Made by a program: the position numbers and the translations under genes
Notes under the pieces: generated by a model
Database searches by the model: none
Seen by the model: only the letters and a program-made list of their open reading frames with translations
What the model was told of the DNA's origin: nothing
Source of the DNA: Minisyncoccota bacterium
GTDB taxonomy: Bacteria > Patescibacteriota > Minisyncoccia > Phycocordibacterales > UBA9973
Direction: 5' to 3'
DNA length: 64,000 bases
Assembly (NCBI GenBank): GCA_041664465.1
Contig: JBAYKP010000001.1
Location: 4,204 to 68,203, forward strand
In this document: positions 30,165 to 38,935 of the stretch, in pieces
How the letters are laid out: each line of letters begins with the position of its first letter
Position numbering within the stretch: the first letter of the stretch is position 1

Positions 30165-30461
30165 TTATTTAAGGCTTGAAGGTATTTCTTCTGGTTTAAG
30201 TTCTTTAATCATATCTTGCACAGCATCACGACAAACTTCGTGAGAAGCTTTTCCAAATAATCTTTCATATTGTGCAATTAGACGGTTTATCACATCTTTA
30301 CTGTCACCAGAAAAGGAAATAGAACTGTGTTGTTGATCAACAGTAAGCCCGATAACTTTTTTGGCTTCATTCCAAGCCATAGGACCAATAACAAGCTCTT
30401 GCTCTTTAATAATTCTTAGAGACATTTGATTGAAGATATTTAATTTAGTTAAAGTATCCAT
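30165..30461 (-). CDS. Small helical hypothetical protein in the kinase operon
   Basis: 98 aa, 5-6 nt from both neighbours. Confidence 0.7.
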   Translation of the reverse strand: MDTLTKLNIFNQMSLRIIKEQELVIGPMAWNEAKKVIGLTVDQQHSSISFSGDSKDVINRLIAQYERLFGKASHEVCRDAVQDMIKELKPEEIPSSLK

Positions 30462-30467
30462 AAAAAT

Positions 30468-31313
30468 TTAATTAGTTTCTTTAAGACTTCTTAAAACATA
30501 ACCTGTTTGAATAATACTTATAGTCATCAAAAAATAGGAAATTACATACAGGAAGTCTCCTATTCCTCCAACATACCAAGAGCCATTGTTTGCTTGAAAT
30601 AAAAAATAAGAATCAGCAATATATTGTGCAATAAGAGAAATTAAAAATAAAATAATTGGTTTTTTCATAATTCCGCCCAATATATTTCTTGTTAAAATTA
30701 AAGTAAGAATTGCTAAAGATACATAAAAAGCTTGTCCTAGTGGATAACCAAAATCTAAAAATATTTTTAACTTATTTGCCCAATCAAATTCATAATTTTT
30801 TAAGAACATTGAATAAGAACCTATTAGCATAATTAATGGTAATAAAATTGCTTGGATTTTACCTCTAAAAAGTTTTAGAGAAATTTTGGCTCCAGAAATC
30901 TTTGCTAAAGACATTACTCCTAAAATATATAATATTACACTTCCAAAATATCCAATATCCCCAATCGAAGGATAAGGGGCTTGTATTTGAGCAAATAAAT
31001 TAAAATAACTATAGACACTTTGCCCGAATGATTGTAAAAATAATCCTATCGAAAAATATAAAATAGATCTTCCTAATTGGCTTTTAAAACCTCCAAAATT
31101 TTTAGATATAATTACTCCAATTATTCCACCTAATAATGCCAAAATTTGATAAAAAGACCCCCAAATATATTTATCATGAATTATTGAAGTACTCTCAGAA
31201 TTTAAAAATGGATTTAAGATAAGCCACCAAATAGTAAGAATAATAAAAATGAAAAAAACTAAAATCATTAAAAGATGATTACGAATATATAGATTTTTTG
31301 TATTATAAAACAT
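30468..31313 (-). CDS. Multi-pass membrane protein, candidate stand-alone sensor
   Basis: About 8 hydrophobic segments, PYPSIGD and YPLG motifs; TATAAT 8 nt upstream of ATG 31313. Confidence 0.7.
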   Translation of the reverse strand: MFYNTKNLYIRNHLLMILVFFIFIILTIWWLILNPFLNSESTSIIHDKYIWGSFYQILALLGGIIGVIISKNFGGFKSQLGRSILYFSIGLFLQSFGQSVYSYFNLFAQIQAPYPSIGDIGYFGSVILYILGVMSLAKISGAKISLKLFRGKIQAILLPLIMLIGSYSMFLKNYEFDWANKLKIFLDFGYPLGQAFYVSLAILTLILTRNILGGIMKKPIILFLISLIAQYIADSYFLFQANNGSWYVGGIGDFLYVISYFLMTISIIQTGYVLRSLKETN

Positions 31314-31339
31314 ATGCATATATTATACTATATTAATAA

Positions 31340-32248
31340 TTATTCCGCAAAGCTAATAGTAAATTTCTTTAAAAACCTACACATAAAGGACCTTTTGCTA
31401 TTCCTTAAGCCAGGTAATCCTAAATCTTGCTCAAAATTCAAAAATTTACATCCACATTCTATTAAAAATTTTGCATTTTCTTTCATTAAATAATCATAAA
31501 TCCCCTCAAAATTTATATCTGCCTTAGAAAAATGTGACACAGCAAAATTTTTGTCATTAGAAATATTCGATATAGAATAAGCTATAAGTTTTTCTTTATT
31601 ATATATACCTATACCAACAGAATCTTCAAAATTGCCGGCAAAAAATTTATGAGTAGAAAGAAGTTCATTTTTAAAATGAAAGTTTGTATCTTTTTTAATT
31701 TTATTCTTAAGCCAAAATTCATCTAAATCTAAAATCTTTTTTTGAATATCAAGATCTTTTAAATTTAACTTAGTAACTTTAATATCTAGGAATTTTTTAG
31801 AAAATTTATTAACTTTATTTCTTTGAGAAGCAAATTTTGAACCTTTTAAAAAAGAAATTTCTTCTAAATCAAAAATGTAATCAAAATTATCTGAGTCTTC
31901 TTCTATTCTAAATTTATCATGAGTAATTATTCTAGCGACATCATCAGATATAAGATAAAGTTTTGGTTTAGTTTCTTCTTTTATAGATAAATCAAGTAAT
32001 TTTTGTGTTATATTATTTACTTCAGTATTGCCCAGAAAAGAATAAAATGGTTCACCTGTAAGATAGTCAGTAAAACGAACTATTAAATTTCCATGAAATT
32101 GTGAAAGACGCATTTCACCTTTTATATCCCAAGACCACATAGAAATAAAATTAAAATCCGAATATGGTGGATACTTTTTAGTTATTTTTTCCACTTCTTC
32201 CCTGTCAGAAAGTTCAATGGATTTCATTTTTGGAAATTCTGGAATCAT
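31340..32248 (-). CDS. DUF2156-like (MprF C-terminal/FemABX-type) aminoacyl transferase, soluble
   Basis: SDFNF, DNFDYIF, HFSKAD and LNFEQDLGLPGLR..K motifs. Confidence 0.7.
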   Translation of the reverse strand: MIPEFPKMKSIELSDREEVEKITKKYPPYSDFNFISMWSWDIKGEMRLSQFHGNLIVRFTDYLTGEPFYSFLGNTEVNNITQKLLDLSIKEETKPKLYLISDDVARIITHDKFRIEEDSDNFDYIFDLEEISFLKGSKFASQRNKVNKFSKKFLDIKVTKLNLKDLDIQKKILDLDEFWLKNKIKKDTNFHFKNELLSTHKFFAGNFEDSVGIGIYNKEKLIAYSISNISNDKNFAVSHFSKADINFEGIYDYLMKENAKFLIECGCKFLNFEQDLGLPGLRNSKRSFMCRFLKKFTISFAE

Positions 32249-32412
32249 ATATTTTTTTCAATTTTTGCCATTAACTCAGGGTCTTTTTGTCTTTCATCTA
32301 AAAGCCGAAGGGCTTCGGAGAGCGGTGTGTAAACAATCTGGTTAAAGATATTCCTATCAGACATTATTGTATCATAATCCCCAATTGATATTTTTTTATC
32401 GTCTTCTGGCAT
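32245..32412 (-). CDS. 55-aa ORF, possibly a truncated gene remnant
   Basis: MPEDDKKISIGDYDTIMSDRNIFNQIVYTPLSEALRLLDERQKDPELMAKIEKNI*; starts 8 nt after the upstream stop and ends in an ATGA overlap; below the ORF-track cutoff. Confidence 0.6.
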   Translation of the reverse strand: MPEDDKKISIGDYDTIMSDRNIFNQIVYTPLSEALRLLDERQKDPELMAKIEKNI

Positions 32413-32420
32413 AAAATTAT

Positions 32421-32798
32421 TTAATTTATATTTTGATTAGTATTAGTAGGAGCCACACATGTACCATCAGATAATTCACTTTCAGTGCATTTTGTTTTTT
32501 TACATTTTATAGCACCTGTCGTGCAAGCAAGAAGACAGTCTTCATTCTCACACATCTTGAAATTAGAAGCTTTTAATGTATAAGTATTATAATAAGAAAA
32601 GCCATTTGGTGGGCAATCATCTGGGTTTGTACAATCACGATAAAAACAAGTCTCAGTCTCAGGATTACATTTAGTTTCAACTATAAAATTAAAGTCTTTC
32701 TTAAAATAAAAAAAATAGAAAGATGAAAAAATAGAAATAATCACTCCAGCTAATAGGATATATAAAAATATATTATGTTTCTGCTTTTCTTCGGGCAT
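32421..32798 (-). CDS. Membrane-anchored Cys-rich small protein
   Basis: N-terminal TM followed by 10 Cys in about 75 aa. Confidence 0.7.
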   Translation of the reverse strand: MPEEKQKHNIFLYILLAGVIISIFSSFYFFYFKKDFNFIVETKCNPETETCFYRDCTNPDDCPPNGFSYYNTYTLKASNFKMCENEDCLLACTTGAIKCKKTKCTESELSDGTCVAPTNTNQNIN

Positions 32799-32884
32799 AT
32801 ATGTATTATACCTTATATTTAGATTAATAGGAAGATAATGATATAATGAGAATGTATTAAGTATTTATAATTAAACTAAATTTT

Positions 32885-33901
32885 ATGGAGAAATATAACT
32901 TTATTGGTAAAAACTTAACAAATGAAGATGCTAATGCAGTTTCTAAAGCATTAGAAACTAGACATTTTGAAGAAACTAAAAAAGAATTAATTGATTATAG
33001 AGAACCAACCCCAGAAGAATCGTTAAATATAGAGAAGTCAAAAAAATTAATTGAAGAAGAACTAAAATTAATGGGAGTTGATGTTACAACATTTGATATT
33101 AATAGTTACCAATTCAAATTTTTAAATAAATCTACCGGTAAAGGTACTTATTACTCTGAAACAAGATTGATAGAAATTGAAAATAATTATAAAGTTAAAT
33201 TAGAAAATATTCTCAAAAATCCAACGAAAATAATTCCGTCTCTTGGCTATTTTGTTCAAAAACTACTAACGAAAATAACTCAGTTAAATAAAAACTCAAA
33301 AACTGAGTCTAATTACAGCACTATCATTCATGAAGCAATTCACGGTAAATCTTTTCATAAGTATGAATTAGATATTAATAAAGATAATTCAGAGTCATAC
33401 AAAATTAATGAAAATACATATAGAAATGGATATCTATTAACAAAAAATGGCCAAGAAGATTATTTTCGTGGATTAAATGAAGGAGTTGTTGATAAAACAA
33501 CTATGGATATTCTCATGAAAGAATATAAAGATGAACCAGATATATTAAATAAGATTAGGAAAATTTTATACTACATGGAATCTGAATACTTTATAGAAAT
33601 GCTTACAATAGATTCTATTATTAACAAAATAGCTAAAAGCAAAAATAAATCCACTGAAGAAATATGGACTCAATTTAAAAAAGGTCAATTCACTGGTGAT
33701 ATGATGCACTTAAGAGATATTGAGGATGTATATACACCAGGATCTTTAAGAATTCTAGCTACAATGAATCCACGTACAAGAATGGCGAGTATAAAAAATT
33801 TATTATACTATACTTATTTTTCAACACGATCTGAGTTTATTAGAAAAATTATAGAAAATAAATTATTATCAAAAAATTCAAAGGACAAACTCAAAGAATA
33901 A
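32885..33901 (+). CDS. Putative zinc metallopeptidase-like protein
   Basis: IIHEAIH plus downstream GLNEG gluzincin-like third ligand. Confidence 0.6.
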   Translation: MEKYNFIGKNLTNEDANAVSKALETRHFEETKKELIDYREPTPEESLNIEKSKKLIEEELKLMGVDVTTFDINSYQFKFLNKSTGKGTYYSETRLIEIENNYKVKLENILKNPTKIIPSLGYFVQKLLTKITQLNKNSKTESNYSTIIHEAIHGKSFHKYELDINKDNSESYKINENTYRNGYLLTKNGQEDYFRGLNEGVVDKTTMDILMKEYKDEPDILNKIRKILYYMESEYFIEMLTIDSIINKIAKSKNKSTEEIWTQFKKGQFTGDMMHLRDIEDVYTPGSLRILATMNPRTRMASIKNLLYYTYFSTRSEFIRKIIENKLLSKNSKDKLKE

Positions 33902-33919
33902 CCAGTTAACTTTTAAAAT

Positions 33920-34276
33920 ATGGAAAAAAAATTTAAAGAATATACTTATAAAGGGCAGAAATTTAAAATATACTTTGTTTCAAAAGACAAACTGGGGATA
34001 GCCTTTGGTAGAGCTTATTTGAAAAATGAAGGAGAAAAATCTTATGGAGAAGTTAGAGAAGATCTGAATCCTGTAATTAAAAAATTTGTAATAGAACATG
34101 AACTATATCATCTTACAGATAAATCAAGATGTATGGGAATATTTGGTATGGAATTAAGGGCAAATATAATACCTGGACTTAAAAATCCTATTGGATTATT
34201 TATGACAATTTTAGCAACATTATTTTCTCTTGATAGAATTAAATTTTATTTAGGAAAGTTAAATATAAAAAAATAA
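33920..34276 (+). CDS. Small HExxH protein
   Basis: VIEHELYH followed by ELRAN. Confidence 0.55.
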   Translation: MEKKFKEYTYKGQKFKIYFVSKDKLGIAFGRAYLKNEGEKSYGEVREDLNPVIKKFVIEHELYHLTDKSRCMGIFGMELRANIIPGLKNPIGLFMTILATLFSLDRIKFYLGKLNIKK

Positions 34277-34308
34277 AGAAGTCGTATGATTATAATACGA
34301 CTTCTTTA
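34274..34308. terminator. Bidirectional intrinsic terminator
   Basis: TAAAGAAGTCGTAT-GATTATA-ATACGACTTCTTTA. Confidence 0.8.
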
Positions 34309-34326
34309 GTTAGGTTACCTTACCGA

Positions 34327-34665
34327 TTATGAGATATTATTCAACCGAATGAAGAATTTGATTCCTCTTCTGGCTATTGGTTTCAAAAACGGAAGTTTTT
34401 GTAAAACCCATGCTCCGGGTTTCCCAATGAAGGAATAGTAAGCACGGATAAACAAAAGTTTACTTTTTTCCGTTCCCTGTTTAATAATCTCATCTCTCCA
34501 TAATCGTAAAGAGTTTACAGTGGAATCATCTTGTCCATAACATGCAGTTGCGACAAAACAATCTAGGGGTCCAAAGCTTGGTCCGTCATTAGAAATTGAT
34601 GACGAACCCTTAGCACTTTCTTTATTTAAGATCGTGCTTTTTTTGCTAGGAATAACTGTTTTCAT
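34327..34665 (-). CDS. CFI-box-CTERM domain protein
   Basis: CFVATACYG...LRLWRD...FIRAYY motif. Confidence 0.75.
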   Translation of the reverse strand: MKTVIPSKKSTILNKESAKGSSSISNDGPSFGPLDCFVATACYGQDDSTVNSLRLWRDEIIKQGTEKSKLLFIRAYYSFIGKPGAWVLQKLPFLKPIARRGIKFFIRLNNIS

Positions 34666-34912
34666 AAAAAACTATATTTAATTATTTTTGAATTTTGGCG
34701 AAATTGCCAATTTATTCAATTATAATAATACTATACAAAGTTAAATCAGTCAATAGCAACGTAATGATTCAACGGTTTGAATGTAAAAATAAAAAGCCAC
34801 CTGAATTAAAAATTCAAGTGTGCTTTTTGTTTCTATGACGCTCATAGAATTGTTGGTTAGAATAGTTTCTAACAATGCGTCTCACAGAGGAATTGAATTG
34901 CTCTGTGGATGG

Positions 34913-35566
34913 TTACTTCTGATACATGAAAATTCTCATGTATTCCACCTTCCCATCCTGTTGGGTAACCGGTCTTTGATAAACAAAATTTTTCTCCGAC
35001 AGTAGCAGAACTTCCCATTCTGAACCATTATTAAAAACTTTGCCTATTAATGACCAATTTGCTCCCGAGAATGAATCAGTTGCTCCTTTATGAAAAGTCT
35101 TGTAGTTTGTTTTATAAAAATAAGTTTCATCAGTTAACCTTTCAGGAGTTTCCCGAAAGTCATTAGTAGATAAAACATTATTATTTACGTCATAATATAC
35201 AATCTTTTCAGTAAACCAAGGGGTGGTCTTCATTAGTATGAGCCTGTCATTGCTGACATACTCAACGACAACATTCAAGTCTGAACTTACTGTGACCGTA
35301 TAAGTATCAAACAGAGGAAGTGCTTGAAAAACACCGTTTATTGCAACCGAAACTGGGCTACAATCTGGATATTTCCCAAGTTTAAAAATCTTTATATCAC
35401 CAGCTTTTGCACTGGCTACTTCAGATTTTTCTCCTGTTACCAACTTTTCCAAGTAGGTAACTGTGTACGTTTTTGGGGGGTCCAAAATTGGATCAACCCC
35501 AAAACTTCCCTTATCACATCCCCAAAGGGTGATGGACAAGAGGAACACTACTATAATGGTTTTCAT
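34913..35566 (-). CDS. Putative lipoprotein with beta repeat and lipocalin-like C-terminus
   Basis: MKTIIVVFLLSITLWGC lipobox from ATG 35566; TTGACA-17-CATACT promoter. Confidence 0.7.
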   Translation of the reverse strand: MKTIIVVFLLSITLWGCDKGSFGVDPILDPPKTYTVTYLEKLVTGEKSEVASAKAGDIKIFKLGKYPDCSPVSVAINGVFQALPLFDTYTVTVSSDLNVVVEYVSNDRLILMKTTPWFTEKIVYYDVNNNVLSTNDFRETPERLTDETYFYKTNYKTFHKGATDSFSGANWSLIGKVFNNGSEWEVLLLSEKNFVYQRPVTQQDGKVEYMRIFMYQK

Positions 35567-35659
35567 GATACATATTTCATGTATAAGTATGAGACATTTA
35601 TAGATTATTGTCAAATATGGAAAGTGAATAATAAGTGTATAACTTTTTATTAAAAATCA

Positions 35660-35692
35660 CTAAAACACACCTAAAATTTAGGTGTGTTTTAG
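35660..35692. terminator. Intrinsic terminator related to the one at 22650
   Basis: CTAAAACACACCTAA-AAT-TTAGGTGTGTTTTAG. Confidence 0.8.
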
Positions 35693-35705
35693 AATAAATT
35701 AAATA

Positions 35706-37919
35706 TTAATTCCAACTACAACCGTGATGATACCATGTATGACACGATGGTGGATTACAAAGATCAGCACTAGTAAAGCTACTGCAAGATAAACCTTCGT
35801 CTGGACCAGGACCTGCACTTCCATCACAATTTTTACTACCAATTACTTTATTTCCACCGCAACTACCACTAGTATTGGTGCTGTTAATTCCATCGGTACA
35901 ATTAACATTAAAGGTAGTAGACTCTTTCAAATTAAAAGACATACCTCCTTGATTATCTCCAACTGTTCCAGTACCACAAGAAGTAGTTGCCCCATTTTTA
36001 AGATAAGTACAATCACAGCTTGTTGAATTTTGAGAATTCCAAGTAATTTTTACGAGGCTATCATAAGGTGTTGTTAGTGGGTTTACAGTATTTGCATACA
36101 CTTGCACTGTCGGCACTGTAGCTGGTGCAGTAGCTGGAGGACTTGCAACAACATAAGGGATTGAATAAGTAAAAATACCACTATCAGCAAAATTCATATA
36201 ATACGTTCCCGGAGTAGATTGAACTGGAAAAGATGCTTGCCCAGAAATATTATTAACGCCTAGATTACCAACAGAAAATATGGTGGTATATCCAGCGGGA
36301 ATAATAGGAGAAATAGCTGCTTCAGCTGTCGGTAGTATAGAAGATTTTAAATCATCCAATTCTGACCTTGTCAGTAAACTTCCACTACCTGTATTGCTTG
36401 CTGCAAAAACTGTATTAAACATAAAAGGACAGAAATAAACACAATTTGCAGTCACATAAGCATAGATAGTCTTACCAGTAGTAAAAGGATCGCCAGCAGT
36501 TCCACTAAAAATACCTATACTTACATCTACAAAACCACCACCATAGGAAAGAGTAACAGCTGAAGCCTTATTAGTAGGCATTAAAGTAAATAAAGAAAAG
36601 AATATAAAAAAGAAGATAATACTCATAGGGACAGAATTAGAATTTTCTGGTGTTGTAGCGGGGGTATTAGGTGTGATTGGCGTGATTGGATTATTTTTTC
36701 TTTTAATATAAAGATAAGTTATAACAATAATCAAGAGTATAAGGGGAATAATAGCATAAAGTATATTGAACTTTGGTTTTTGAATTTCAGAAGTTGTCTT
36801 TACTTTGAATTCTTTTTGATCTAAGACTTTTCCATTTTCATCCGTGAGAGATAGAGAAATTATAGGGTCAATACAAGAAGATTTGATAGAAATACTAGAA
36901 TCTACTTTAGGATTGGTAGTTATCGTTAATTTCTGAGATTGCTCTTTAGCACAGGAATTACCATTACCATTTGAAATCTGAATATTGGAAGTGATAGCAG
37001 ATAAACCTTGAGTTATATAAACAAAAGACACTTGAGCTTTGTCTCCTTTATTATAATAATCTTTATCTAAAGATAGATTCTCAATGGTAGCACTAGCTCC
37101 TAGTACTGTGTAATTCACATTGATAGAATTTGATTTAAAATCTTTGTTAATTAATAGAAAGTTAATATTATAAGACGAAGGAGTAGTAACTTTCGGAAGG
37201 GTTACGGAAAAAGATTTACTTTCATTTGCTTTAAAAGATATTGGATTAGTATCTCCTTTTGTTTGTGTCTCAATAATATTTCCATAAGAAGACATTAGAT
37301 GCGTCTCGTAGGAAGGTGTAACATTTATATCCGTCTTAAGAGAATTCTGGGCAGTACAATTAAGTTTGATACTTTCTTCAGGTTTAATACCTATCCTCTG
37401 ATTTATGCTATAGGATTTACCAGTCTCTGTCTGTATTAAACAAGTCTCGGGAAGAATTTGTAGCCCATTATTATTGGTCAGATTCACTACGCTCACAGGA
37501 ATATGACCAAATGGAAAACCGCTACTATTTTTACTTGTAATATAAAGAGTATAAGAGCCACTTAAGGAAGATGGTGCTGTATATGTGATTTCTTTTTTAG
37601 TTGTTGTATTTGGATTTAAAGTCAGAGATTCATCATAAATTTTTTCATCCACGATCAATTGTCCTTTGGTGGAGTCTTGAACTAGTTCTATTCCGTATTT
37701 AACTCCAGTTTGTAATCCTTCACCATTGGAAAGAGAGAAAGAGATATTGAAAATATTCCCCTTTTGAGAGATAATTTTTGCATTATTTATATTTACAGTT
37801 GCAAGAATAATTCCATTGGCAGAAGTCGCTTGATTGGTCGGAGCTGCTGCGAAAACTGGAGTGGAGATAAATATTGATAAGAAAACAACTAAGAGAGAAA
37901 GTTTTGATAAATTTTTCAT
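35706..37919 (-). CDS. Large surface protein, paralog B of 22700-24904
   Basis: 737 aa; same signal peptide, TM and second signal-like segment; Cys-rich C-terminus. Confidence 0.8.
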   Translation of the reverse strand: MKNLSKLSLLVVFLSIFISTPVFAAAPTNQATSANGIILATVNINNAKIISQKGNIFNISFSLSNGEGLQTGVKYGIELVQDSTKGQLIVDEKIYDESLTLNPNTTTKKEITYTAPSSLSGSYTLYITSKNSSGFPFGHIPVSVVNLTNNNGLQILPETCLIQTETGKSYSINQRIGIKPEESIKLNCTAQNSLKTDINVTPSYETHLMSSYGNIIETQTKGDTNPISFKANESKSFSVTLPKVTTPSSYNINFLLINKDFKSNSINVNYTVLGASATIENLSLDKDYYNKGDKAQVSFVYITQGLSAITSNIQISNGNGNSCAKEQSQKLTITTNPKVDSSISIKSSCIDPIISLSLTDENGKVLDQKEFKVKTTSEIQKPKFNILYAIIPLILLIIVITYLYIKRKNNPITPITPNTPATTPENSNSVPMSIIFFFIFFSLFTLMPTNKASAVTLSYGGGFVDVSIGIFSGTAGDPFTTGKTIYAYVTANCVYFCPFMFNTVFAASNTGSGSLLTRSELDDLKSSILPTAEAAISPIIPAGYTTIFSVGNLGVNNISGQASFPVQSTPGTYYMNFADSGIFTYSIPYVVASPPATAPATVPTVQVYANTVNPLTTPYDSLVKITWNSQNSTSCDCTYLKNGATTSCGTGTVGDNQGGMSFNLKESTTFNVNCTDGINSTNTSGSCGGNKVIGSKNCDGSAGPGPDEGLSCSSFTSADLCNPPSCHTWYHHGCSWN

Positions 37920-37991
37920 AAAATGAAAGACAAAAATTAGTGATTGATAATAAATACTTTTACTTTGTACTCTTTATATTATACATCATAT

Positions 37992-38906
37992 TTAAAGTAA
38001 TAGAAACATACTACCAATAATCATTATAATAATTGCAAATATTTTAGGAAGTAATATATGCCTCTTTAAATTTTCTTTTGTAATATGAGGGAAGAATTTC
38101 GTTCCAATAAGAGTCAGGATTAGGACGATAGCTGGCTGAAAGCTTCCCACAAGATAAACCATTGTTACAGGAGCCAGAAGCATTGCAAAATTTGTAAGAA
38201 GATTACCAGAAATAGTAGTCACTTCTGCTATCATATTTAAAAAGAAAATTTTAAATCCCCCGCTTTTATTCATAAGATGGAATTGATGACGATACTTAGG
38301 GACAAGAAAATACATAATAATCCCCAAAGTTCCAAGTCCTATGTACTCCCAAAATGATGAGACCCAGAAATTCCCCTCAATGGTTACATATTTAAAAATA
38401 ACACCTGAGATTGCTACCATAAGGCAAGCCAGTGTCATAAAAAGTGCTGGCTCCCATTTAAATTTTCTTTTTTCTTCTCCAAAATCTATTAAAATAACTA
38501 CCATACCCACAAGAATAATTATAGATCCTATCCATTGATATCGTGTAAGAGTTTCCCCAAGAAAAATATATCCGAGAATATAACCAAAAATTGGAATAGT
38601 GAGGAACCACGGTACTACAGAAGATACGTCTTCTGTCTCAAGAGTATAAAGATAAAGAATAATCCAGCCGATTGTGAGCCCTCCTGTTATTATTAGTAAT
38701 ACTTTGTCAGTAAATGGAATAGAGGATAATCCTTGTGTGAAAATTCCAATAAGTATAGTCATAAAAATACCCATAAAACTTGTGAAAAGTACAAGCCCTC
38801 CTGAGCCACGTTTACCTATGGAATATTTCTTCACAATGAACTCATCAACAATATTTGATATTGCCCATAAGAAAGTAGCAATAAGTGCAATTAAAAACCA
38901 ATTCAT
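37992..38906 (-). CDS. EamA/DMT-family transporter
   Basis: About 10 TMs in two repeats, FLGE motif; start at MNWFLIAL. Confidence 0.8.
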   Translation of the reverse strand: MNWFLIALIATFLWAISNIVDEFIVKKYSIGKRGSGGLVLFTSFMGIFMTILIGIFTQGLSSIPFTDKVLLIITGGLTIGWIILYLYTLETEDVSSVVPWFLTIPIFGYILGYIFLGETLTRYQWIGSIIILVGMVVILIDFGEEKRKFKWEPALFMTLACLMVAISGVIFKYVTIEGNFWVSSFWEYIGLGTLGIIMYFLVPKYRHQFHLMNKSGGFKIFFLNMIAEVTTISGNLLTNFAMLLAPVTMVYLVGSFQPAIVLILTLIGTKFFPHITKENLKRHILLPKIFAIIIMIIGSMFLLL

Positions 38907-38935
38907 AATGTGATTATAACATACAACTTTCAATT

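Noticed and set aside
32305-32318. CCGAAG-GG-CTTCGG resembling the 21018/24983 hairpins
   Set aside because: Very short loop, lies in ordinary-looking coding sequence (SEALR); insufficient support as an insertion.
5586-34665. Similar N-termini MKTIIPPK (5798) and MKTVIPSK (34665)
   Set aside because: Similarity stops after 8 residues and the upstream DNA differs; likely chance.
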